Source: Deltaproteobacteria bacterium (GTDB taxonomy: Bacteria > Desulfobacterota > Binatia > UBA12015). From it: a DNA stretch of 64,000 bases. The first letter of the stretch is position 1. Every line of letters starts with the position of its first letter. The translations under genes and the position numbers were made by a program. Of the stretch, positions 37,855 through 48,457 are shown piece after piece. The notes below the pieces were generated by a model. That model saw nothing but the letters and a program-made list of their open reading frames with translations. It ran no database searches and was not told the origin of the DNA. Location of the stretch: the NCBI GenBank assembly GCA_046583355.1, contig JAYGCM010000009.1, positions 44,101 to 108,100 of the forward strand, given 5' to 3'.

Positions 37855-39987
37855 CTAGAGTTTACCCATGGCCGCGAGGAAGGGGATGATGACGAGCGAA
37901 ACGATCGACATCAGCTTGATGAGAATATTCAGCGAAGGACCCGAGGTATCCTTGAAGGGATCGCCAATCGTGTCGCCGATGACAGCTGCCCCGTGGGCAT
38001 CCGTGCCTTTGGACTCGCCTGGAATCTTGCCTTGCTCGATGGCCTTTTTGGCGTTGTCCCAGGCACCGCCTGCGGTCGCCATGAAGAGAGCCATCAGAAC
38101 GCCGGTAGTGGTCGCGCCGGCGAGCATGCCGCCAAGCGCCGAGGCGCCCAGCGTCCAGCCCATGATAACCGGGCTGGAGACGGCGATCAGGCCCGGCAGA
38201 ATCATCTCACGCAGCGCAGCCTTGGTGGAGATTTCGATACAACGAGCCGAATCCGGCTTGACGCCTTCTTTGCCCTCAAGAAGGCCGGGGATTTCGCGGA
38301 ACTGACGACGGATTTCTTCGACCATCTGGCCGGCGGCCTTGCCGACCGAGGTCATCGTCATCGCGGCCACCACGAAGGGCAGCGAGCCACCCACCAGCAG
38401 GCCGATCACGACGATCGGGTCGGTGAGTTCCAGCGAGAAGGGAATGTATTCGGTGCCGTTCGTGGCAGCGGCTTCGCGCAGGAAGCGCTCGACCTCGGAC
38501 GAGTACGCCGCGAAGAGCGCCAATGCCGTGAGTGCGGCCGAACCGATCGCGAAGCCCTTGCCGATGGCGGCTGTGGTATTGCCGATCGAGTCAAGGCTAT
38601 CGGTGATCTTGCGGGTCTCTTCACCCAACCCAGCCATCTCGGAGATACCGCCGGCATTGTCGGCGACCGGACCGTAGGCGTCGACCGTCATGGTGGCGCC
38701 CACTGTTGCGAGCATGCCGACGGCAGCCAGCGCGATGCCGTAGAGGCCGGCGAAATGATTCGAGATGAAAATGCCGATCGTGATGAGGATCAGCGGCAGG
38801 AAGACGCTCTCCATGCCGACGGCCAGGCCGGTGATGACATTGGTTGCCGCGCCGGTTTTGGAGGCCTCCGTGATGCGAAACACCGAGCGGGGCTGAATGC
38901 CGAAGACCTTGTCGACGGAAGTATAATATTCGGTTGCCAATCCGATCGCGACGCCGACCAGCGAGCCGCAGATCACGGCGTAGACCGGAGCAATCGGCAG
39001 GCCGAGGAAATTGACGACGATCAGCGAAGCCACCCAGAAGAGCACGGCCGCAATCAGCGTCGTGTTGCGCAGCGCGCCGGCGGGCTCGGTATTCTTGAGA
39101 AGGTTCATCGAGAAGATGCCAACCAAACTCGCGATCAGGCCGATCACGCCGAGGAGAATCGGCAGAGCCATCAGGCCGAGACGGTCGGCCTCGGTGATCT
39201 CGTAGCCCGCGGGGAATATGCCGCCGGACGCGGCGGCCGTGAGGGTCGCGCCGAGTACGATGGACGCGATGATCGAGCCGACAAAGGACTCGAAGATATC
39301 GGCACCCATGCCGGCGACGTCGCCGACATTATCGCCCACATTATCCGCGATGACGCCCGGGTTGCGGGGGTCATCTTCCGGAATTCCGGCTTCGAGTTTG
39401 CCCACGAGGTCGGCGCCCACATCGGCCGCCTTGGTGAAGATGCCGCCACCGACGCGCGCGAAAAGCGCGATCGAGGAGGCGCCCATGCCGAAGCCCGAGA
39501 TATATTGCACGCTGGCAATCTCGCTGCCCCAGACCAGGTAGATCACACCAACGCCGAACAGGCCCAGGCCGGCAACCGAGAGGCCCATGACGGCGCCACC
39601 ATTATAGGCGGTCAGCAGCGCGGCACCCGCGCCTTCGTTGGTCGCGGCCATGGCCGTACGAACATTGGCCGAGGTGGCCGCGCGCATGCCGGCATAACCA
39701 GCGACGATGCTCAGGCCCGCACCCAGGAGGAAGGCGACGGAAGTCTGCCAGTTGATGCCCGCCAAAAGAAGGGCACCAACCACCACGATAAAGACCGCGA
39801 GAACGCGATATTCGGCGCGCAAGAAGGCCATCGCGCCATCCTGAATCTGCTGGCCGATATCGGCCACCACGGGATTGGCGACCGGTACGGCATCCACCTT
39901 CTTATAAAGGCGAAATGCGGTCACGAGACCGACCAAGGCTACGCCAAGCGCAACCAGACCAAGGGTGAGGGAAAATTCGCTGTTCAT
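37855..39987 (-). CDS. hppA: Membrane pyrophosphatase, K+-dependent, probably Na+-translocating
   Basis: [52 protein letters not shown]. Confidence 0.96.
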   Translation of the reverse strand: MNSEFSLTLGLVALGVALVGLVTAFRLYKKVDAVPVANPVVADIGQQIQDGAMAFLRAEYRVLAVFIVVVGALLLAGINWQTSVAFLLGAGLSIVAGYAGMRAATSANVRTAMAATNEGAGAALLTAYNGGAVMGLSVAGLGLFGVGVIYLVWGSEIASVQYISGFGMGASSIALFARVGGGIFTKAADVGADLVGKLEAGIPEDDPRNPGVIADNVGDNVGDVAGMGADIFESFVGSIIASIVLGATLTAAASGGIFPAGYEITEADRLGLMALPILLGVIGLIASLVGIFSMNLLKNTEPAGALRNTTLIAAVLFWVASLIVVNFLGLPIAPVYAVICGSLVGVAIGLATEYYTSVDKVFGIQPRSVFRITEASKTGAATNVITGLAVGMESVFLPLILITIGIFISNHFAGLYGIALAAVGMLATVGATMTVDAYGPVADNAGGISEMAGLGEETRKITDSLDSIGNTTAAIGKGFAIGSAALTALALFAAYSSEVERFLREAAATNGTEYIPFSLELTDPIVVIGLLVGGSLPFVVAAMTMTSVGKAAGQMVEEIRRQFREIPGLLEGKEGVKPDSARCIEISTKAALREMILPGLIAVSSPVIMGWTLGASALGGMLAGATTTGVLMALFMATAGGAWDNAKKAIEQGKIPGESKGTDAHGAAVIGDTIGDPFKDTSGPSLNILIKLMSIVSLVIIPFLAAMGKL

Positions 39988-40129
39988 CTGGGTGATCTAC
40001 CGGTTCCCGGACCGCTATCGGTCCGTCTACGGATAAGGAAAAAAACGTTCTAGAGACCGTGAACCATTAGCGAACCCAATGCAGCCGAACAAGACGCCTG
40101 CCACGCCAACCACCCAGCCAGGGGACGCA

Positions 40130-40208
40130 AAAAGGGGACGGGTACCTGAATCCGTCCCCTTCCGGGACGGGAAAAGGGGACGGGTACCGGAACTCATCCC
40201 CTTCCGGG
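40130..40208. repeat. Two tandem 37-bp hairpin repeats at a 42-bp period (REP-like)
   Basis: AAAAGGGGACGGGTACC..TCCCCTTCCGGG at 40130-40166 and 40172-40208; 10-bp perfect stem in unit 1. Confidence 0.75.
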
Positions 40209-40337
40209 GTGAGTTGCGGGAGGGCATGGCGGACTGGTGGTTGGGGCTCAAACGCGCCGGATCGGCAGGTTTGCACGGGCAGGGCTACGGAAAACGGGCC
40301 GAATTCCCGGCACACGGGTTGCTTCTATCCGAGGGTG

Positions 40338-41054
40338 ATGCCCCCGCCCGAGATACCCGCGACCGCCACTTTGTCGGCCCAAAAGCCACCCAGCGTTGGC
40401 GAAATGCTGACGGGATCGATGGACTTTGCCGCCGCAGCCGATGTCGAGACGGCCAATACGCTGACGCATGCCGTTGGGCTGATCTTCGCGATTGCCGGCA
40501 GCGCCTTCCTGCTCTCCAACGGCATGGTTCGCGCCGACCACACCAAATACCTGGCCTGCTCGATCTATTGCGTCTCCCTGGTGAGTCTCTATGCCTCCTC
40601 CTGCCTCTATCACGCCACCCGAGACCCCAACCGCAAAGCAGCCATGCGCGTCTTCGACCAGGTCTGCATCTACCTCCTCATCGGCGGCACGACGACGCCG
40701 CTCTTCGCGCTGCTGCTCCCCGCGCCGCTCTCCCTTTATATGGTCGGCAGCATCTGGGGACTGGCCCTCTGCGGCATCGTCCTGCGGCTTGCCTACCCCG
40801 CGCGCTTCGATGGCTTCTCGATTCTTCTCTACCTCGGCATGAGTTGGCTCGGCGCGACTACCCTCGACTCCTTCCTTCCCGGGACCCCCGCGATGGTACA
40901 GAACCTGATCGTCGCCGGCGGCATCGTCTACACAGTCGGCGTTCTCTTCTACCTCAGCGAGAAAGTTTTCCGCTGGGGCCACGTGATCTGGCACCTCTTC
41001 GTGCTCACCGGCAGCGCCATGCATTTCGCCGCCATCACGCTCGCCGTATCATAG
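40338..41054 (+). CDS. Hemolysin III/PAQR family membrane protein
   Basis: ANTLTH, SSCLYH, FDQVCIYLLIGG, LYLGMSW, HVIWHLFV. Confidence 0.9.
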   Translation: MPPPEIPATATLSAQKPPSVGEMLTGSMDFAAAADVETANTLTHAVGLIFAIAGSAFLLSNGMVRADHTKYLACSIYCVSLVSLYASSCLYHATRDPNRKAAMRVFDQVCIYLLIGGTTTPLFALLLPAPLSLYMVGSIWGLALCGIVLRLAYPARFDGFSILLYLGMSWLGATTLDSFLPGTPAMVQNLIVAGGIVYTVGVLFYLSEKVFRWGHVIWHLFVLTGSAMHFAAITLAVS

Positions 41055-41093
41055 AGATCCACCCACGCAGGCTCAGGCCGGACGCTCGGAAGC

Positions 41094-42704
41094 TCAGATA
41101 TCGGTCAGGCCCGTGCCACCCGGAGTCGTGGGCAGCGCGGCCGCGTCGCCTTCTTCGAGATGATTCGCGCCATCACGCGTGGCCCAGATCGCGGCCAGAC
41201 GCTCGGTCTGCTCGACCTTGCTGACATCATCGAAATGGTACCACTCGCCCTGGGCGCGCTCGTGGTCGAGATCGAGAAGAAGATACCCGCGCGACACCGT
41301 CTCGCCATATTTCAGCGCGGGGTTCATCGTCTTGATGACCTCCTCCAACCCCGGAACGGAGAAGGTCGATGTCACGCTGGAGCAAACCATCTCGACACCA
41401 AGCGAGCCGCGGCCGGTCTGCGGGTCGTAATGCGAAGGTTCGTTGGGATCGCGCGTCAAGTCGGCGGCCCATGAGCTATGCACGTCGCCGGTGAGCACGA
41501 TCAGGTTGCCGCGGCCGGCATCCTCCACCGCGTCAAAAAGGCGCTCGCGCGCGGCATGGTAGCCATCCCATTGATCGGCATTGGCGACGGCACCGCCGCC
41601 CTCGGCCTCCGGCAGACCCTGAAGCTTCCACTGGTGCATGACGATCTGCTGGCCGAGCACGAACCAGCGGGCAGAGGAGCTCTGCATCTCACCGGCAACC
41701 CATTCCTCTTGGTCAAAGCCGAGCAACGTACGCTCGGGGTCCCGCATCACGGCGCTATCCGAGGCCGATCCTGCCGCCTTGTCGCGACCCCAGATACGCG
41801 TATCGAGCATCGTCAGGTCGAGGAGGTCACCGAAGCGGAACGAGCGGAAGATCCGCCCATCTTCTTGATCTCGAATGGGCAGCCATTCGGAGTACGCCTG
41901 CGCCGCCGCGGCCTTGCGGGCCTGCCAAGCACCTTCGTCCTCTTGGTGGTTGCTCGCGCCACCCTTCCAGGAATTATTCGCCGACTCATGGTCGTCCCAG
42001 ACGAGGATCCAAGGATGCTGCCGATGCGCCGCCTGCAGGTCGGGGTCGGTATGATATTGCGCGTAGCGCTGCCGGTAGTCGTCAAGCGTAATAATTTCAT
42101 GGGCCGGAAGATGCGCCCGCGCACCCCCCGCGGCGTACTCATAAATATAGTCGCCGAGATGCACGACGACATCGAGGTCCTCACGTGCCGCCAGGCTCCG
42201 ATAGGCATGGAAATATCCGATGCTGTAGAAGGAGCACGAAACCACGCCGATGCGCATGCGCTCCTGGCTCCCTGTCGGTGCGGTTTTGGTGCGGCCGACG
42301 GGCGACATGCGGCCGAGCGCGTGGAAGCGATAATAATAAGTCGCGCCGGCATCCAGGCCCTGCACATCGACCTTCACCGTATAGTCGAGCGAAGAATCCG
42401 TGCCTTCCCAGCCCGCTGCCACGCGGTCGAGAAAATCCTCATCACGGGCCATTTCCCAAAAAACCGACACCGCTTCATCACCTTGCGTCGAGACGCGCGT
42501 CCAGAGAATCACGGCATCACTCAAGGGGTCACCGCTCGCCACGGCATGCGAGAAAAGCGTAGCCGGACCGGGTTGGCCCTCGAACTCGTAGCTCGGAAGG
42601 CTCGCCGCAGACGAGCCTCCACAGGCCGAAATCGCTCCGGCTACCGGGATGAGGCCAAGAGATGCGGCAAGCCGCAATACTTCACGTCGGGAAAATGTCG
42701 CCAT
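41094..42704 (-). CDS. phoD: Alkaline phosphatase D, Tat-exported lipoprotein
   Basis: SRREVL...ISAC; VASGDP, HLGDYIYE, WDDHE, DQWDGY, GDVHSSW. Confidence 0.93.
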   Translation of the reverse strand: MATFSRREVLRLAASLGLIPVAGAISACGGSSAASLPSYEFEGQPGPATLFSHAVASGDPLSDAVILWTRVSTQGDEAVSVFWEMARDEDFLDRVAAGWEGTDSSLDYTVKVDVQGLDAGATYYYRFHALGRMSPVGRTKTAPTGSQERMRIGVVSCSFYSIGYFHAYRSLAAREDLDVVVHLGDYIYEYAAGGARAHLPAHEIITLDDYRQRYAQYHTDPDLQAAHRQHPWILVWDDHESANNSWKGGASNHQEDEGAWQARKAAAAQAYSEWLPIRDQEDGRIFRSFRFGDLLDLTMLDTRIWGRDKAAGSASDSAVMRDPERTLLGFDQEEWVAGEMQSSSARWFVLGQQIVMHQWKLQGLPEAEGGGAVANADQWDGYHAARERLFDAVEDAGRGNLIVLTGDVHSSWAADLTRDPNEPSHYDPQTGRGSLGVEMVCSSVTSTFSVPGLEEVIKTMNPALKYGETVSRGYLLLDLDHERAQGEWYHFDDVSKVEQTERLAAIWATRDGANHLEEGDAAALPTTPGGTGLTDI

Positions 42705-42786
42705 CCGCCGCAGGCTACTCTCGCCAGGCCACCGAGAACAAGCGATCTTCGGAACCGGGCTCGCGAATGATAGAGAAAGGCGGAGA

Positions 42787-43023
42787 ATGTCCGGAGATTC
42801 ACGAAACGAAGAGAAACCCGTCGAGGTTCGTTGGCAGGAGCTGAGCGCCGAGGCGCTCGACGGCCTGATCGAGGAATTCGTGACGCGCGATGGCACCGAC
42901 TACGGCGCCCAGGAACGCGACCTCGCGTCACGCAAGCAGGACGTCCGTCGCCAGCTCGAACGCCGCAAGGTTCGGATCTTCTTCGACCAGACCTCCGGCA
43001 GCATAAATTTGCGATCCATATAG
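42787..43023 (+). CDS. YheU (UPF0270) family protein
   Basis: LIEEFVTRDGTDYG motif. Confidence 0.88.
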   Translation: MSGDSRNEEKPVEVRWQELSAEALDGLIEEFVTRDGTDYGAQERDLASRKQDVRRQLERRKVRIFFDQTSGSINLRSI

Positions 43024-43047
43024 AGGGGGATCGCTCCCCCTCTATAT
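43018..43047. terminator. Hairpin between convergent genes, possible bidirectional terminator
   Basis: 13-bp perfect stem ATATAGAGGGGGA-tcgc-TCCCCCTCTATAT. Confidence 0.6.
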
Positions 43048-43073
43048 TCGATCGGATCGACGGGAGGCTTGGG

Positions 43074-44255
43074 TCAGCTCAACTCTTTGCGGGTATATCC
43101 CAGCAGGCTGCGCGCAATGATGAGATGCTGGACCTGGCCGGTACCTTCGTAGATATCGGTGATGCGGCAATCGCGGAACCATTTTTCGACCAGATGGTCG
43201 CGCGAGATGCCCATGGGGCCGAGGAGCTCGATGCAACCCTGGGTGACCAGGCGGACGGTTTCGCCGCCTTTGGCCTTGGCGATCGAAGCCTCGACGTTAT
43301 TCGGCTTGCCCTCGTCGGCCAGCCAAGCCGCTCGCATCACTGTGAGGATCGAGGCTTCCTGCATCGCCTCCATCTCGAAGAAGCGGGCGGCCATCGCGCT
43401 CTCGTTTACCGCGCTGCCACCGTAGCTCAGATCGATGCCGGCCTTGATCAGCTCCTCGCGCGTGAAGTCCAGCGCGGCCTGAGAAATCCCCAAGCCAAGC
43501 GCGGCAACCGCCGGGCGAGTCATATTGAAGGTCTTCATCGCCTTCTTGAAACCGCCGGAGCCCTTCTTCGCGATGCCCTCATCGCCGCCGAGAAGATTCT
43601 CGCGCGGGATGCGACAATCTTCAAAATGGAAGGCGGCCGTATCGTCGGCGCGAATTCCCAATTTCTTCTCTTTCTTGACGACATTGAAGCCCGGCGTGCC
43701 CTTCTCGATGAGAAAGGATTTGATGCCGGCGCGCCCCGCAGACGGATCGACCGTCGCCCAGACAACCACGCCATCGCCGCGAATTCCGGTGGTGACGAAG
43801 ATCTTCTCGCCGTTGATCACCCATTCGTCGCCATCGAGGACGGCCTTGGTACGCAATGCCGAGGGGTCCGAGCCACAGCCGGGCTCGGTGATCGCCATGG
43901 CCAGCGTGAGGTGGCCCCATTTCTCGTTCTGTTCCTTGGAACCCGCCGCCAATAGCGCCGAATTGCCGAGTGCGCCGGGGGCACGCTTCACGCGAACCGC
44001 GTAATCGCCCCAGGTCTGATAAAGCGTGAGCCACATCTGCAGGACCGCGTTGCCGCCGTCTTCCGCAATAACACGCTCACCGATCAGACGCCGCCGCTTG
44101 CCCGGCATTTCGGCCCCTTCGGGCAGAACATCAGGCGGCAACTCGTCTTCTTCGCGGTCGTCGTAATAGCGCGCGTATTTGCGTGCGATCATCCCCTCGG
44201 CGCGGAGCATCGAGAGAATCGTTTCGTCCCTGTCGGAAAGCTGAAAATCAATCAT
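43074..44255 (-). CDS. Acyl-CoA dehydrogenase (FadE23-like)
   Basis: MAITEPGCGSD, NGEKIFVT, KLGIRADDT, DIYEGTGQVQ. Confidence 0.92.
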   Translation of the reverse strand: MIDFQLSDRDETILSMLRAEGMIARKYARYYDDREEDELPPDVLPEGAEMPGKRRRLIGERVIAEDGGNAVLQMWLTLYQTWGDYAVRVKRAPGALGNSALLAAGSKEQNEKWGHLTLAMAITEPGCGSDPSALRTKAVLDGDEWVINGEKIFVTTGIRGDGVVVWATVDPSAGRAGIKSFLIEKGTPGFNVVKKEKKLGIRADDTAAFHFEDCRIPRENLLGGDEGIAKKGSGGFKKAMKTFNMTRPAVAALGLGISQAALDFTREELIKAGIDLSYGGSAVNESAMAARFFEMEAMQEASILTVMRAAWLADEGKPNNVEASIAKAKGGETVRLVTQGCIELLGPMGISRDHLVEKWFRDCRITDIYEGTGQVQHLIIARSLLGYTRKELS

Positions 44256-44269
44256 GCTGGACTCCTGAA

Positions 44270-45385
44270 TCAGACCGTTGCGGCGCCTTCGAAAACACCG
44301 ATTGTCCGCGCATGGCGGTACCAGAGTTCGAGCGGATGCTCGCGGATGAAGCCATGGCCGCCGAAGACTTGCAGACCATCATCGGCAACCTTCATCGTAT
44401 GCTCGTTGACATAGCGACGCGTCAGATGAGCCTGGCGCGTGGCGTCACGTCCATATTCGAGTTCCGAGGCAGCCTTCCAGACCATCCAGCGCATCGAGTC
44501 GACCTCGACCGCCATATCGGAGAGCATGAAGGCAATGGCCTGCTTGCGCCCGATCGGCTCGCCGAAGGCCTCGCGCTCAGTTGCGTAGGGACAGGCGTAG
44601 TCCAGAACCGATTTCGCCAAACCCACCTGAACCGCCGCCGTACCGACGCGCGACGCGTCGAGAATGGTGCGGATATCCGCGCCCTGATCACCACCGAGGC
44701 GATCTTTCGGGTCGACCTTCACACCATTGAGCTTGAGCGTCGCCATCGGCAGCGCACGCAGCCCCAGGTGGGACACCGACTCGCTGATCTCCAGCCCGGC
44801 CGCGTCGCGCTCGATAAGGAATCCTTCGAGTTCGCCCACGCCACCACCGTTGCGCTCACCGCGCCGGGCGATGACAAGAAAATGGCTCGCCGAATCGGCA
44901 AGCGGCACAAACGCCTTCTCCCCGTCAAGCACCCAGACGCCGTCGCGCTCGCTTGCGGTCGTCGTGAGGGTGAGCGGATCGAAGAACGGGCCCGGCTCGA
45001 TCAGAGCCATCGAGGCGGCGTGGAATTTCTCCTCACAAAAAAGCGGCAGGTAGCGGCTCTTCTGGTCTTCGGTGCCGTGGTCGACAATCGCAAAGGCGAA
45101 CGCGGAAGGCGCCATCGCGGCCATTGCCAACGCAGCGTCGCCGTAGGCCAGCTCTTCGAGCGCAATCACACCGAGCAGCGGCGAGCGCGTCATGCCAGCG
45201 CCACCATTGGCTTCGGGGATCTGGGCCATGATGAGGCCAAGGGCCCAGGCCGCATCGAGGAAACCACCGGGTAGGATGGACTCCTCATCGGCATCGCGCG
45301 CGGCTTCGCGCATGACATCTGCCGCGAACTCGCGAGCGGTCGTGCGGACGAGCTCTTGCTCTTCGGTTGGCTGAAACGAAATCAC
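44270..45385 (-). CDS. Acyl-CoA dehydrogenase (FadE24-like)
   Basis: EELAYGD, LDGEKAFVP, REAFGEPI..KQAIAF, QVFGGHGF. Confidence 0.9.
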   Translation of the reverse strand: MISFQPTEEQELVRTTAREFAADVMREAARDADEESILPGGFLDAAWALGLIMAQIPEANGGAGMTRSPLLGVIALEELAYGDAALAMAAMAPSAFAFAIVDHGTEDQKSRYLPLFCEEKFHAASMALIEPGPFFDPLTLTTTASERDGVWVLDGEKAFVPLADSASHFLVIARRGERNGGGVGELEGFLIERDAAGLEISESVSHLGLRALPMATLKLNGVKVDPKDRLGGDQGADIRTILDASRVGTAAVQVGLAKSVLDYACPYATEREAFGEPIGRKQAIAFMLSDMAVEVDSMRWMVWKAASELEYGRDATRQAHLTRRYVNEHTMKVADDGLQVFGGHGFIREHPLELWYRHARTIGVFEGAATV

Positions 45386-45483
45386 CTAATCATCTCCTGC
45401 TGAGGGGTTGGCTTTGCCGGAAGGCCAAGGTTAATGCACTGGGAGTGCAACTTTCAAGGCACGGAAAAACAGAGGAAACATCG

Positions 45484-46344
45484 ATGAAATTCGGAGTCAT
45501 GTTCAGTAACGTCGGCCCGATTGGCGCACCGGACTTCCTGCCCGACTTCGCCCGGATGAACGAAGACGCGGGTGTCGAATCCCTTTGGACGGTCGAACAC
45601 GTGGTAGTGCCGCAGAGCTATCAATCGAAATATCCGTATAGCCGCGACGGCCGCATGCCGGGGCCGGAAGAGGCCCCGATTCCCGACCCCATCCTGCCGC
45701 TGGTCTACGCCGCGGCCTTCACCTCGAAGATCAAGCTCGGCACCGGCATCCTCATTCTGCCGCAGCGCCATCCCTTCTATGTCGCCAAGGAAATCGCCAC
45801 GCTTGACGTCCTCTCGCGCGGCCGCGCCATCCTGGGCATCGGCATCGGCTGGCTACGCGAAGAATTCGACGCCATCGGCGTCCCCTTCGACTCCCGCGCC
45901 GCAAGGACGCGCGAGTCGGTAAGTGCTCTGCGCTCCTTGTGGAAGGCCGATCCGGAAGCCTTCGACGGGAAATTCTTCCAATGGGGGCCCATGCACTCGA
46001 ACCCCAGCCCCGTGCAGGCGCATCTGCCGATCGTCATGGGCGGCCATACCGATATCTCCGCCAAGCGCGCCGCACGCTACTGCGACGGCTTCTTCCCGGC
46101 GATCGCCGACGCCGGCAAACTCGCGCACCTCCTTGCCGTCATGAAGGCCGAATGCGAGAAGCTCGGCCGCAACCCCGACGAGATCGAAATCTCCGTCGGC
46201 GCTGGCATCATCGACCTCGACGGCGTGAAGCGCTTCGAGGATATGGGCGTATCGCGCATCGGGATCGCGCCGGCCGGCTTCGACAAGGATTCACTGGAGA
46301 AGGGCTTGGCCGCCTTTGACGATGCCGTGATGTCAAAGCTCTAG
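45484..46344 (+). CDS. LLM-class F420-dependent oxidoreductase
   Basis: SLWTVEHVVVP..YPY, AKEIATLDVLSRGR, GIGWLREEF. Confidence 0.88.
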   Translation: MKFGVMFSNVGPIGAPDFLPDFARMNEDAGVESLWTVEHVVVPQSYQSKYPYSRDGRMPGPEEAPIPDPILPLVYAAAFTSKIKLGTGILILPQRHPFYVAKEIATLDVLSRGRAILGIGIGWLREEFDAIGVPFDSRAARTRESVSALRSLWKADPEAFDGKFFQWGPMHSNPSPVQAHLPIVMGGHTDISAKRAARYCDGFFPAIADAGKLAHLLAVMKAECEKLGRNPDEIEISVGAGIIDLDGVKRFEDMGVSRIGIAPAGFDKDSLEKGLAAFDDAVMSKL

Positions 46345-47118
46345 AGGCACGGCCAGTACGCCAAGGCGCCACAAGGTAAAGCGAAGCATCTCCTTGTCGC
46401 TGCCGAAGGTATGCGTGACCTCGCGGCCTGCCGCGAGGTCACGGGCCATGGCCGTAAAGGCCGCTTCCCCGGCAAATACCGTCAGGTCGTTCAGCAGAAG
46501 GCGAAAATTCTCCCGGCTGGACGGCCGCATACGCTCCGCCAGATAGCTGTAGTCAAAGCTGCGCGGGCGCAACTCGCGCAGCACGCCTTCACCGGCGAAC
46601 ACCAACTGCAGCAACAATCCCTCGGTGACCTCTTCTTCGATTTGCGTCGTCTTTTGCTTCGCCAGGACCGGCATCGGTAGCCCCATCGCGAGCCCCGCCC
46701 GGCTGAGACGCAGCTTGCGTTTGTTTTTCGTGATTTTTTTCTGCGCGACGCATTGCACCTGGCTGAGCGAAACCAGCGACAAACTCTCCCACGCAAGGTC
46801 ACGCGACTCCCCGAGCAAACCGACCCCGACGCTCAGACCATCACGACGCAGCTCGGCCCGCCTGAGTTGCACGACCTGCAGCGGACCGGGCAGCTGGCCT
46901 TCCTCGCGCGCAGTCGCCGCAAAGCCTGCCGCCGTGAGCGAAGCCGCGAGCCGCTCCGCATGGTCTTTGGACAGATCGCTCGCGATCCAACCGAAGCGGG
47001 TATGAAGCGCATTGACATGGTCATGGACCATGCCGCCCAGCACCTCCTGCATCGACCCGGCAATCCGCACGGCCGCAAGCGGCATCGTCTCCTCGACCAG
47101 AAATACCGAGAATGGCAT
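46333..47118 (-). CDS. Hypothetical protein
   Basis: Fills the gap between recognised genes; FDYSYL..R..SSRENFR looks conserved; no family recognised. Confidence 0.55.
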   Translation of the reverse strand: MPFSVFLVEETMPLAAVRIAGSMQEVLGGMVHDHVNALHTRFGWIASDLSKDHAERLAASLTAAGFAATAREEGQLPGPLQVVQLRRAELRRDGLSVGVGLLGESRDLAWESLSLVSLSQVQCVAQKKITKNKRKLRLSRAGLAMGLPMPVLAKQKTTQIEEEVTEGLLLQLVFAGEGVLRELRPRSFDYSYLAERMRPSSRENFRLLLNDLTVFAGEAAFTAMARDLAAGREVTHTFGSDKEMLRFTLWRLGVLAVPLEL

Positions 47119-47203
47119 TGCTCCAGCCTACGTGAAATTCCGCCCCAAGGCTGCATGCTCCGCGGAGTTTGCGGTTCGGCGAGCGAGGTGGCAGGCCCAA
47201 GTC

Positions 47204-48358
47204 ATGCAGACAACGACGCGACCTTTTTCGATCGAGATCAGCGACTCCGTGTTGGAGGACCTCCAGCAGCGGCTCGCGCGCACGCGTTTTCCCGGCGAGA
47301 TCCCCGACTCGGGATGGGGCTACGGGGCCAACCTGGCCTACCTGAAAGAATTCGTTACCTATTGGCGCGATTCCTACGATTGGCGCGAGCATGAGGCCCG
47401 CCTCAACCGGCTGAATCAGGTGCAGGTAAAGGCCGGCGGCCTGTGGATTCACGCCGTACACGAACGCGGCAAGGGCCCCAAGCCGATGCCGCTTTGTCTC
47501 ACGCATGGCTGGCCGGGCTCGTTTGCCGAGTTCGAGCAGATCCTCGGCCCGCTGACCGACCCGGCTGCGCACGGCGGTGACGCGGCCGATTCTTTTGATG
47601 TCATCCTGCCCTCGATGCCGGGCTACGGCTTCTCCGAGGGCGCGCGTGAGCCCGGCATGGATTGCGAGAAAATCGCTGCGATCTGGGTCGAGGTGATGGC
47701 CGGCCTCGGCTACCAGCGCTTCGCCGCCCAAGGCGGCGATTGGGGCGCGATCGTCACCTCACTCCTGGGCGCCAACCATGCCGAGCAAGTACTCGGCATC
47801 CACCTCAATATGGCGATCGCCTTCCCCGCCGATGCCGCAAAAGCCCTCGAGGGACTCTCGGAAGAGGATATGGCCGGGCTGGGCGATCTCGATCATTTCC
47901 AAAAGATCGAGACCGGCTACCAGCAGATCCAGGGCACCAAGCCGCAGACGCTGGCCTACGGCCTGAACGATTCCCCCGCGGGCCTGGCCGGCTGGATTAT
48001 CGAGAAATTCCACACTTGGAGCGATTGCGACGGCGATCTCGAGAGCGTCTATACCAAAGATCAGATGCTCACCAATATCATGCTCTACTGGCTACCCGAG
48101 GCGATCGGCTCGTCCGTGCGCCTTTATTGCGAGTCCATGCGAGCCGGAAAATTCCCTCCGATGGGCTACCATGTGGATGTGCCAACAGGCGTCGCCATGT
48201 TCCCCCGCGAGATCATCCGCACACCGCGGCCCTGGATCGAGAGCACCTACAACCTCACGCACTACCGTCGCTTCGACAAGGGCGGTCATTTCGCTGCGAT
48301 GGAGCAACCCGTGGCGCTGGTCGAGAGCATCCGCGAGCATTTCCGACCGCTGCGCTGA
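47204..48358 (+). CDS. Epoxide hydrolase (microsomal type)
   Basis: HGWPGS, PSMPGYGFS, QGGDWG, GGHFAAMEQP. Confidence 0.93.
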   Translation: MQTTTRPFSIEISDSVLEDLQQRLARTRFPGEIPDSGWGYGANLAYLKEFVTYWRDSYDWREHEARLNRLNQVQVKAGGLWIHAVHERGKGPKPMPLCLTHGWPGSFAEFEQILGPLTDPAAHGGDAADSFDVILPSMPGYGFSEGAREPGMDCEKIAAIWVEVMAGLGYQRFAAQGGDWGAIVTSLLGANHAEQVLGIHLNMAIAFPADAAKALEGLSEEDMAGLGDLDHFQKIETGYQQIQGTKPQTLAYGLNDSPAGLAGWIIEKFHTWSDCDGDLESVYTKDQMLTNIMLYWLPEAIGSSVRLYCESMRAGKFPPMGYHVDVPTGVAMFPREIIRTPRPWIESTYNLTHYRRFDKGGHFAAMEQPVALVESIREHFRPLR

Positions 48359-48376
48359 AGCACTCCGGGAAAGACA

Positions 48377-48410
48377 GCGAGGCGCATGCCCGACCGGGCA
48401 TGCGCCTCGC
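48377..48410. terminator. 15-bp perfect GC-rich hairpin between convergent genes
   Basis: GCGAGGCGCATGCCC-gacc-GGGCATGCGCCTCGC; no U-tract. Confidence 0.55.
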
Positions 48411-48457
48411 ACGATATTCACGTCACTCTCGCTACGAACCCTGGTGAGAAATGCAGG

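Noticed and set aside
37390..40053. 887-aa ORF on the + strand
   Set aside because: Antisense shadow of hppA and an SDR; no motifs; typical of GC-rich DNA.
40121..40208. Possible mini CRISPR array
   Set aside because: Only two units separated by 5 bp, no spacers and no cas genes.
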